Positions 1-54,100 of a DNA stretch of 64,000 nucleotides are shown here, piece by piece. The DNA lies in contig NC_068982.1 in assembly GCF_001194135.2 (NCBI RefSeq), positions 192,171,248-192,235,247 on the forward strand, in the 5' to 3' direction. The stretch comes from Octopus bimaculoides (Eukaryota). A model generated the notes under the pieces. That model worked only from the letters and a program-made list of their open reading frames with translations. It was not told the DNA's origin and did not search any database. Both the position numbers and the translations under genes were made by a program. Position 1 is the stretch's first letter. Each line of letters begins with the position of its first letter.

Positions 1-480
1 TGGGGGCTGGGGTGGGGGTGGGTATCAAGTGGTTCTTAAAATGTGGCAACAGTTCATGAATAGAAAAGTTCATACAGAGCATCATTGTTTTCATTAAGAT
101 AATAATAATTATTATTAATTATCATTAATATTGTTGTTCATATTATTAACAGTTGTAACCTGCTAGTTTAATGTCCCTCTCAGATATATGAGTTACTCCC
201 AGTTTTTGGTTATGTACAGAGAAAAAGGTAAACTAAGGGCAAACAAAACAAAAGAAATGGTGAATAAACAAACACCACCTTGCTCCCTTTTTAAATGGAC
301 TGGAGTTCGTTGAGTGTTTGCTTGTATTCCTCATAATTATTTTTTTCTTTTTTAATGGTTACAGATAGTTAGGACAGTATCATCTGGAGTGTACTCAAGA
401 GTACAGAAGTCACTGTGATGTAATGTTGTTGTTGTTGTTGTCAGCTGGTTGTTGTTGTTGTTGCTTCCCTGTTTAACACT

Positions 481-42825
<42,345 letters not shown>

Positions 42826-42936
42826 CACAAACTCTTTATAAGTTTGGATTTATAGAGATCCTGCAGTCTGTAATCAGCTAAATCAATGGTAATATTTGTA
42901 ATATTTCCTCCTCACCAGTTTGCCTTCTTCAAGCAC

Positions 42937-42975
42937 AATGGCCGCTACCAGTGACGTAGTAGGAGGCGGGGGGAG
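42937..42975. promoter_or_regulatory. YY1-like, half-CRE and GC-box cluster upstream of GOLPH3
   Basis: AATGGCCGC (42937-45), TGACGT (42952-57) and GGAGGCGGGG (42962-71) fall within 40 bp, about 110-150 bp upstream of the GOLPH3 ATG. Confidence 0.45.
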
Positions 42976-43522
42976 ACCCACACTAAATTGATAATAAACG
43001 ACCAAAGAAATACAAATAAACTTCAAGTGATCCTTTCAATCAACTTCTTTTCAATAATATATTCCCCCATAAACTATACATCAAAAAATAAAATTATGTA
43101 AGCTTTCCTTAGGTCATCATAGTTTACATGAGAAGCATTTCAAGACCAACCTACATCAAAAGTCCATTACGAGCCAAATGGTGGGAAGAGAAATTGCGAC
43201 GATGTCAATTCCGGGTTTTATATAAATTTCTTAATAAAATAGAAAACAGAAACTTTCGTTTCGGTTCTGCAAAGTTTTCGTTTCGCTTCACATGGCAGTC
43301 ACTAGTTGCAGCAGCAGCACACTTACACAGCGACAGTAAATTTCTTTTCATTTTTCCATTTGTCAATAAAATAAAATGAAGCATTTATTTTAGTTTTAAC
43401 AATTTTTAAAATCCTCGGTACCATCTGCATTGGTTTAGTTAAATGCTTAATTTTATTTTCTTATTTCATTTTCTAAAATTATATTTAGTCTAATGATAGT
43501 ATATTTAAATACTCAGCACTTT

Positions 43523-43536
43523 GTTACTATGGCTAC
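43523..43536 (-). promoter_or_regulatory. RFX X-box upstream of CFAP161
   Basis: GTTACTATGGCTAC (reverse complement GTAGCCATAGTAAC) fits the X-box consensus RTHNYYWTRRNRAC at all 14 positions, 61 bp upstream of a ciliary gene ATG. Confidence 0.7.
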
Positions 43537-43596
43537 AGCGTCACTAACTTTTTTGACCTTAAACTCTGATTTTCAATATCAACAATACTCAGAGTA

Positions 43597-43668
43597 ATGT
43601 GGCACAAAAACGTCTACACACCTGCTGTTCGATTAGGAAATTGGTTTGAAGATGTTGTTCTCGAAGAG
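43597..43668 (+). CDS. CFAP161: CFAP161 coding exon 1 (72 nt)
   Basis: MWHKNVYTPAVRLGNWFEDVVLEE; donor GAG|gttagc. Too short to appear in the ORF track. Confidence 0.9.
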
Positions 43669-46600
43669 GTTAGCAAAAATATCTTTCCTTTTATTTATTT
43701 AAGGTTTTAACGCCTGCCTATTTTTATGATGGAGGATGTATGTACAGCTGATTAATTCGATTCTAAGATATGTTATTGACTTCTTTGTTTACTGAGCAGA
43801 AGATCTTGGATTTATATATAAAGAAGAATGAAATATTGTGGCTCGTAACTTTCACAAAGTGTAACTGAAGTGAGAATCGAAACTATATTCAAGATTCTAC
43901 TCAGCTAAAGCTTGTTTGTTGCCAAGCGACCGACTAATAGCTATAAGCCCAAGTTGCCAAATTTATAAGAATGAAGTTATGATAGTCGAGTTCGTGTGGC
44001 TCAAAACAGCTTTAACGAAATGCAGAGACTAAAATGTCCAGGTTTCTTCTCTTGCTTTTGCCATCTCAGTAGTCATTGCCGTTTATAAAAGGGCTTAACA
44101 ATTAACATCCAGAAAACTGACGTCATCTGTCAGTGCCCCCCCTACACCACCCTATTTCCCCCTCTCCGTTTTCTCGCTAATTACACCATCTTAGGCAACA
44201 TCATTCCCAATAACTTCACACACGGAATGAGCAGATTCTGAACCACCACATCTAGACTTCTAGGATCATCTTTCTAAATAATTACCTGAGCCTCCACACG
44301 AAGGTTCTTGTCCACTGGGCAGTTTGTTTGTACTCATTTCTATGGATGCAAATATGAGACATGTATATATATGAGCCATATTAAGCCACTGAAGTTCTTT
44401 AATATGCAGTGTCTTTAAAAAATTCTTTTAGTCTGGATTATGTATAATAACTGGCACTCTGTCAGTTATGACAACGGGGGTCCCAGTCGATCAGATCAAC
44501 AAAACAACCTGCTCATGAAGTTAATGTGCAAATGGCTGAGTACTCCACAGACAAATGTAGTCTCAACAACTCATTTTTTGCCTGCAGATTGGACTGGAGC
44601 AACATGAAATAAAGCCTGTTGCTCAGGGACACAACATGCCACCAGGAATTGAACTCACAACGTTACAATCATCAGTAGAATATTCTAACCACTTAGCCAC
44701 TTGCCCTCACTAAGTATAATAGTCCTCCATCTAAACAACACCAGCAGCATTGAATACAGGCCTCATCTGAGTTGCCCTGGTCATGTGGTGCATATGTCTG
44801 GCTTGTATCTCTTATAGGATTCTCTAAAACAAGCTACACCATGGTCATCAACTAGCTGGAGGACTGCATATGGAGTTTAAAAAACCAGTTGAAGGCCCTT
44901 TTCAAGAAAAGTAATATCAACTCTCTAATAGCACAACCTGTGGTCCACTTCAGTTGTCTTTTACTGCGAGAGGAGCAATTGAAGATGTGGAGGAGAAATG
45001 CTCTTGGCAGGAAGTTCAAGAAATACAACAAGATTAATATAGATTAATAACAAGTCTCCTCAGTCAAACAGTCGTGAGTGCCATCAGCTTCACATTGAAG
45101 AATCAGATGTAAAAATCATCAAAGAATCTACAATTGAAGAAGAAGTCACCATTGAATTGATAGTCAACTGGAGTCACATAAAAGCATCCATGCTGGTGCC
45201 TCATAAAGAAAGCACACTGTAAAGCAGTTGGCATTAGGAAGGACATCCAGCCATTGAAATGTTTCCACAACAGACAATTGGAGCCTGGTGTAACTCTTTG
45301 GGTTGTCTATCTCCTGTGTAACCATCAAACTCATGCCAACATGGAGGACAGGCATTAAATGATGATGATGATGATATGTGTGTGTGTGTGTGTGTGTGTA
45401 TCATCATCATCATTGAACACCTGTCCTCCATAGTGGCATGCTGATAGGTTGGAGGAGTACATCATGCTCCAGTGTCTGCTTTGGCATAGTTTCTATGGCT
45501 GCTGGATGCCCTTCTTAACACCAAACTAGTGAGTTCACTACCTGGCTTACAAGACAAAGATCCCCTTTGATTCGGTGGGCCTACAGCAGAGAGGGAGATG
45601 AATTTGTTAGATGTTGAGAGTTAAAGTATGAAAGAAAGGACAAGAACAAGTTTATTGTAAACATGGCTGTATACAAGATTGGGTAGGAGTATTCAAGGTG
45701 GATTTGGTAAGAGAGATAAAGGATGGATGTGATGCGGTTGGTGGATAGTTGAAGTGAAGGAAGGTGATTGATGGATGTCAGAAATGGAAGAGTGATGTAA
45801 TCGACTTAACCCCTTTGTCTGTCCTTGTTTGTCCCCTCTATGTTTAGCCCCTTGTGGGCAATAAAGAAATAAGAAATGGAAGAGTGAACTAACAGAAAGG
45901 AGGAGGGCCATTGGTGGAGATGGTGGCAGCAACAGTGGTGGTGATCAGTAGGGACAAAGATGTATGTTGCAATCCTTCCCAACTCAAGCATCATAATTTG
46001 GAGAGATAGAGAAGGAAGTACAAGATAATGAATATGTATGAATTTATATACATACATATACAGGGTGCGATGGGTAAATTGTCACCATTTTATATTCGTA
46101 ATTTTGCACATGCGCATTATTAGTTTTTGATATGCAATTCACTCTGCCAGAAATTTGGAAATGACATGCTGTACTGCTTGGCATTCATGCTGGAAGCTCC
46201 AGTATGGACATTTCAGAGTGTTTGGGTGTCAATCTGTATGTTTGCCATGTCCCCAAAACATATACCGAGAGTGATAAAATTCAAACATCCAGTTAACATC
46301 ATGGTGTTTTGGAGTGATTACTAGTAATGGCAATGTTATACCTCCATTCATCTTCCCACATGGCCTCAGACTCAACACGGAGGCCTACATCAAGTGCCTG
46401 GAGGAGGTAGTGCTGCCCTAGGTCAAGAGGGTGGCTGCTGGAAGACCCTAGGTCTGGTAACAGGACTCTGCACCACGCCACACAAGCAGGAGAACTCAGT
46501 CATGGCTGTCATATAATTTCTGTGATCACATCACCCCTAACATCTGGCCAGCTAACTCCCCAGACTGCAACCCCCTTGGTTATTATGTGTGAGGCGCAGT

Positions 46601-48068
46601 TGAGTGAAAGACCAACAAAACTCCTTGTAGCACCAAAGATGAACTGAAGGCAAGGATTATGACAGCATTCACCAACTTAAACAAGAAGACCGTCCAGAAG
46701 AGTTGCAGAAGATTCTGAAGTCATCTGGAAGCTGTGGTTGAAGTCAAAGGCAATTTTATTGAATAAATTTACTCTTTAGTAATTCAACATATTTTTATGT
46801 AATTTTGGTAAATATATCTGTTAAAATGAAATGTCAGTGTTATTTTCATTTTTGCGTAATTTAGACGACAATTTATTCACCCCACCCTGTATATAGAAAG
46901 AATTGGTTCTGGTTCCACATAAAAAACACCCAGTACACTCTGTAGAATGGTTATTGTTAAGAAGGGCATCCAGCTGTAAAAACCAAGCCAAAACAGAGTA
47001 TGGAACCTGGTGCAGCTCCTGTCAAACCCTCCAGTCTATGCCAGTATAGAAAACAGACATTAAATGATGTCGGTGATGATGACGGAAGGTAGATTGTATG
47101 ATGGTAGTGAAACATGGGCTCTGAATGCAGAGGATATGTGTAGGCTAGAGAGGAATGGAGGCAGTATGCACCACTGCATGTACTGCATCAGTGTGCATGA
47201 ATGACAAAGCGCAAATATGTTGAGAGAAAAATTGAGCATAAGAGGAATCAAATGCAGCATGCAAGAGAAGAGACTACATTTGTTTTGGACATATGATGTA
47301 TGTGAATGAAGACAGCTGTATAAAGAAGTGCTGGTCACTGAAAATGGATGGTACCGGCAGAAGAGGGAGACCCAGGAAGACATGGGATGAAGTGGTGAAG
47401 ACTGATCTCAGGATGTTGGGGCTCATGGAGAAAATGACAACGGACCAAGATGTCTGGCAATATGAGGCTCTAGAGAAGAAGACCCGCCCACATCAATGAA
47501 ACTGAGTTCTAGAAGCGTTGTGTTCCACCCACATGTAACAATAAAATTTTCACACAACCTACCCCAACAAACCAAACTGCATCCCCAATCCTGCCTTCAC
47601 CACCTTGCTCACCGAATCACTGTGTTCCCCATCCCCTCTTTATACCCAGGTTCTCACCAGTCACTGCAATCCCCACCCCCACACACCTTACTCATGCCTT
47701 CTTGGCAATACCTGACCACACATATTATGACCTCCATACCTTGAGGATATGACCTGAACCTTGCCACCATTCATCTCTCTCTCTCTTCCTTACTCCACCA
47801 TCCCAGCTCCACTCTGATCCCTGCTCCTTGTGAGTATACCCTGGCATTTCACCTCCATCTCTCTCCTGCTCTCCCTTGGTGTTTCCCACTCTCTCACTCT
47901 CATTTTTTCTTGCTCTTTCCTCTAACTGGGTAACCATGGATCTCTTCGACAACAGCACACCTCTTTCTACCCTCATTCTCTCTTTCTGCTTTTCTTGCTC
48001 TTCTTTCTGGTTTGGTAACCAAATATCTCCTTTACAGCAGCACACCTATTTCTGTCCTCATTCTTGTT

Positions 48069-48103
<35 letters not shown>

Positions 48104-51100
48104 TCTCTCTAGATAACCATGTACCTCCTCTTTAGCAAGATGTCTGTTTCTGTCTCTCTGTCTCACTCTAACCTTTCATTATCTGACACAAGATCACCTC
48201 CTCCTCCAATGCCCCCTCCCCTCTCAAAAATTCCTTGCCTTGCAAGCTACTTGATGACCCTGCCAGTACTGGTATCGCATAAAAAGCATCCAGTCCACAT
48301 TGTAAAGTAGTTGGCATTTGGAAGGGCATCCAGCTGTAAAAACCTTGCCAAAACTGACTTCATCCATGCCTTTGATCCCCCCCCCTACACCTCTTGGAGT
48401 GTCTCCCTTGCTTATATCCAGTGTTCCTTATGAAATTTCTACTGACTCCTTTTTCTGCAGATGGAGCCTGGCCATTTCCTTGGTACCATAAGGGTCCTGT
48501 CTTTTCAGTAAAACTTTTGTTTTTGCTTACAATAAACTTCAATTCTAGATTTTATTTCCATGTCCAGAATTTCAGTTTCACTTCTGATTCTGCTACAAGA
48601 GCTAAGTCACCAACACATCGGAGTTCCTAAAAGCAGCTGGTCTTAAATTCATCTGTTGTGGCTTGGAGCTGAGAACTGAGCCCTGATAGATCCCTAACTT
48701 CACACTAAATACTTCATCATTGAACTCATGACTGATTCTCACCTTGTAAATTCTTCCTTCATACATAGCTTGTATGTTGTGCCTCATAAGCCATTCATCC
48801 ACGCCTAGTTCCATTAATGACCATCATGCCCACTGAGTGAGGGACTATGTGTGTGTGTGTGTGTGCATGCATGTGTGTGAATGTGTGTGTGTGTGTTTAT
48901 TGTATTAATGTGCTTCATGTTATTGGTTTATAAAGAATAAAAAGTTTTGAATGGTACAACAATGCACTATAATACAAAAGATATGTAATATATATCCCTG
49001 TTGTAATTTAGTTATCTATAGTCCGAGGATATTTCGGAATACAATTCCTTCTTCAGATATTCTTAGATGGAGTCTCTGCTATAAACTGGTTTATGTTTTG
49101 AAGGCTTGCATTCTTTGTGTAGTGTTGTTCCCAATTAGTTTACAAATGTCATTTGTGAAATCCGTATATTGAATGCCGATTTTCCTTCTTATTATAAAAC
49201 TATAGTTTGGGTATAATTTGGAATGGTAGGTATTGGTATTCCAGTAATACGAATGTTTTCAGAATTATTGCTACATGAATATTGTAATAAGAATATCATT
49301 TAGTTCTATAAAGGTGTTTTTAATACCATTAGTGTTGTATTGTAGAAGTTATGAATTGGTGGGGGGGGGGGCATAAGCTATTTATTTTTAAAGATATTCT
49401 GTGTGGATCTGTGACATTGAACAAGGAGATAATGATACTTCCTGATTTTATCATTGTTATTGTTGTTATTCTTACCATTCTTTTAAAATGTAATTGGTGA
49501 TTGTTAGCATCGAGTGATATTTATGATGATTTAAATTTTCTTTATTTTTATATTTTTCAGGAAACTATAAAAGATTTCCTGCACAAGAAATCTCAGAATG
49601 AACTTTTGATGCAGAAAACTGCCTTTGTTAAGGAAAAACTTCTCCAACCAGTAAAAACATAATCGTTTATACTTTTTCTCTTCTTATGCTTTGTGTAGTA
49701 GTAGTGATGGTGGTGGTGGTGGTGGTGGTGGTGGTGGTGGTGGTGATGGCTGCAGCGGTGGTGGTAATGGCCATAGCAGCAGCAGCAGCAGGAGTAAAAG
49801 CAAGGAAAGAGGATTCTATTATGTGATGGTAGATGAAAGAAAGAGTTTGTTAGAGAAGTAAGAAATATTCATACAGAGCTCAGAAGTCCCTCAAAGACAA
49901 AATGTCATTGTCTCGTTTAGTATGGCACCACCACATGGTACACATGCATAACCATGGTCTGTATGTGTGCAGTGTAACAGTTTGAAATATAAAACCTGAG
50001 AGGCTGCTGCTGCTGTGTAGATGAGAGATGATTTCCCTTGTTGAATAAAACACCAGTTTGTATCTGGTTACACTCACAAAAGATCTGGGACCTATTTTCC
50101 AATAGTTAAGGGAGGATATAAAGAAATTGTCCAAATATCCCATAAAATATTTCTAGTTGGCATCTAGAAAGATCTGAGCAGTAATTCAATGATATATCCA
50201 CCCAACATTTCACATCTCTGGGTATGACAGGGTGTGTTTAGTTTGTGTGCAATAGGTTTGAAAGTGGTCAACATTAAGGTTTGGTACCAGTAATACTCTA
50301 TTCCCTTGATGAAGAATAATAATCAAAAATACTTCCAAGCTTCTTAAAAACACTGAACCCTAACCCTAACCCCATCACTGCCACAGCAACCACTTCCATG
50401 ACTGATTTTTAACCAATTTGTATTTCAGTTATCTGCTTTGCCTTTCTTGACAACTGTTATTAACACTAATGATTGTTCTCTTCATTAAATAACTTGATTT
50501 TAATTGGTTAAATGCACATCATGGAAGTCTGTCCCCCACATATATGTTCTTTCTACAGAAGACATCCTTCGGAAAATCCCCCAATGCTGGCATTTATCTG
50601 GGATGTTTGACGAGGGAGTAAAATATTTTGGCTTTCTGAGACAAATCTGTCAGATGTAAGAACTATTTAGATGAATGTGTGTGTATGCATGTATGTAAGT
50701 GCGTGTGCACACATGCATGCATGCATGCGTGTGTGTGTGTGTGTGTGTTCTCTTCTGTTTTTAATCATTTCAATTCTTCCTCTGAGGAAGGAACTGGTTT
50801 CTAACAAAGATACAAACCTCTGTTGTTGCAATGTAGATAACAAAAACAATGTCTTCATATTTCTTTCTGTTTCACTTACAGATTATATTTGTAATGCGTG
50901 AATCGGTTGGTTTTCTTTTTCTGTAAATCTACACCTTTCCTACAAATTGAACAGAGCCACCTACATGAGTGGGGTGGGGTCCTGTCAGTTTTCTTGCTTA
51001 TTAGGACCTTAGCCTTTGCTAAGTTAACCTTAAGGCCCTTAGATTCCAGGTTTTACTTCCACACCTGCAATTTTTCATCTAGCTCTGATATGGAATCTGC

Positions 51101-54100
51101 TATGAGGGCAAGATCAGTAGCATATAGTAGTTCCCAGGGATTGCTGGTTTTGAATTCCTCTGTTATGGCCTGGAGGACAATGAAAAGGAGGGGATGGAGG
51201 TCTGAGCTTTGATGGACCCCTACCTGGACACCAAATTCTTCACTGCACTTGTGATTAACTCTCAGCTTATTGACAGCATCTTTGTACATGGCCTATAAAG
51301 CTTTCACCAACCACTCATCTATCCTTAGCCTCATCAAACGCCACCACATCACATATCAGGCTTTCTCTAGATCAACGAACGTCAGGTATGCTGGTTTATT
51401 CTTAGCTCAGTTCTTCTCTTACAGTTGGCTGATTCTGAAGATAGCATCAGTAGTGCTTCTTCCCCAGACAAAACTAAGCTGCATTTTGTCTAGCCTAATT
51501 CTGCTCTCCTAATTAATTGGACTATGACTCACTCTGTAATTTCCACCACCTGGTCCAGGTGTTTAATGCCTCTATAATTGCTTCTATCTAAAGCATCACC
51601 CTTACCCTTGTAGCAGCTAACAATAATGCTGCTATTCAAGCAAGTCTCTGGGTATTACACCTTTCTAAATGACCTGATTAAACTATGTGGGTGACCAGCC
51701 CATATCCTTCCTTACTGAATATTTTGAGCATCTTAGCCATGATTCTGGATGGACCAGGGGCTTTCCTAGTTTTCCTGGTCCCTCTATTGGGCTCACATGA
51801 GGGAGACTCCCTTTATTCCATTCATTCACCACATTCAACAGTCTTGCATAACAATTTTTGCATGTTTCTTTCTCGTCCACATCACTAAGTGCAAGCATAC
51901 CATTTATCCATCCACACACCCTTCTCTTGACTCTCAATGACACACTGTCTAGCAATCTGGAACACTTCAAGTCTCTGATCTTCAGGCTGTAGATCATGCT
52001 CTGATCTTCATGCTTGGCAAACCTCTTCCTCTCTGCTTCTACCCTAGCTAAATAGACCCGATGTCTTTGTCACCACACCCTCTTTTCCACTCTTTCCAGA
52101 CCCATCTTTTCTCTTTTATGGCCCCGTCAACATCACAGTTCCACCACCATGTCACATTTGGTCTGGCAGACACTTTGCTCCAACCACAAATCAGGTGTTT
52201 CCCTTAGTAGATTGTCCCGTAGGAACTTCCACTTGTCCTCTACATCATATGTCTCTATCTCTCCCTCCTTCTCCTCATAGGCTTCATCGAGGACCTCTCT
52301 AAATCTCTGCCCAGTTGAGGGATCCTTGAGCTCCCACAGGCTCCTTTCCCATATTGGCTTATGTCTCAGGATCTTTCTGACCCTTAGACTGAAGCCAGTC
52401 TAAGGGCCAGTTTATGTTGAGTCATGCATTCTTCCCTTGGGAAGACTTTTCTAATGTTTATGACGATATATATGTAATATAAATGGTATTACGAGGTCTG
52501 ATCAATAAGTATCCGGACTGTTGCCATAGGAGCGAAGCTAAAGAACACAGAATAAAGCTGCTTGTCAAAGATTGACCTTCAACTCTGTTGTACATGCGCA
52601 CTAAGTTTTAATGTTCTAGCTCACTTCTACTGTTTATAGCACTGCTTGGAAGGAAGGTGTGTAGTGTGTGATTGTCGCATTGACCATGACAGAGGAAGTT
52701 GTCATGGAGATAGCTGTTCAGAGGCCTAAAGCAAAGTTGCAGAAAATGTATGGAGAGGAGTGTATGAACTGCACACAAGTGGTTCAGACATTTCCCAGAT
52801 GGCCAAAAAAATGTCGATAGTGACAAACATTCTGGGAAACCCACAACCAGCAGAATTGAGAAAAACATCACAGATGTGTGTGCAGCTGTGGGGGGAAATC
52901 ATCGAATCACCATCCCTGAGTGATCAGAGGATGTGCAGATTAATTACGGTCCAGTTCAGTCCATTATCACTGAAAATTTGGGTATGAGACACGTCTCTGT
53001 CAAGTTTGTGCCAAAACTGCTTTCAGCTGACGAAAAAGACACTTGGGTTTCAGTTGCACAAAATCTCCTTGATTGTGTTGAGAACAATGAAAACTTTTTG
53101 AAAACTAAGTATTGCCAAGCTTTTGGCAAAATTTGATGCAGTTTCTTTGCCCAACTTTCTCTGTCATGGTCAATGTGATGATCACACGCTACACACCTTC
53201 CTTCCAAACACTGCTGTAAACAGCAAAAGTGAGCTAGAATGTTGAAGCTTAGTGCACATGCACAGCAGAGTTGAAAGTCAATCTGTGTCAAGCAGCTTCA
53301 TTCTGGGTGTTTTAGCTTCATTATTATGGCAACAGTCTGGATATTATTGATCGGACCACGTATGTGTAACATAAATTATATTATCAACATATATATAATT
53401 GAGATAATGTTATGTTAATATATACATAATAGAAATAAAATCATCATCATCATCGTCATTTAACGTCCGTTTTCCATGCTGGCATGGGTTGGACAATTTG
53501 ATTGAGGACAGGCAAACCAGTTGGCTACACCAGGCTCCAATCCAACCTGGCAATGTTTCTACAGCTGGATGCCCTTCCTAATGCCAACCACTCCAAGAGT
53601 GTAGTGTGTGCTTTTTACATGCCACCAGCATGAGGGTCAGTCAGCCGGCACTGGCAACAACCACACTCGGTGCTTTTTACGTGCTACCGCTATGGGAGCC
53701 AGTCAGGCGGCACTGGCAACAATCATGCTCAGATGGTACTTTTTTTTCAAATTTTGACCAGTAAGTTTGGGGAGAGCGGGTAAGTCAATTACATCAACCC
53801 CAGTGCATGACTGGTACTTATTTTATCAACCCTGAAAGGATGAAAGGCAAAGTCAGTCTTTTCAGAATGTAAAGATGGACAAAATGTCACTAAATATTTT
53901 ACTTGGCATGCTAGCAATTCTGCTGACTCACCCCTTCATGTTAATGTGTATATTAACAGATATTAGTCCCTAGCATGGACACAGTACTTTGTTTTGCCAC
54001 CATAATATACTGCCAAGTACATTAAAGGTTTATAAGTCATTATTCTGTCGTACTTTTTGTATGAGTAGACTGATATTCTCATTTTTAAGTGATAAACTAT

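Larger units (their letters stand above)
42826..43596. promoter_or_regulatory. Bidirectional promoter / 5' UTR region shared by GOLPH3 and CFAP161
   Basis: 771 bp between two divergent start codons; repeat-free and locally CpG-retaining. TSSs were not determined. Confidence 0.8.
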
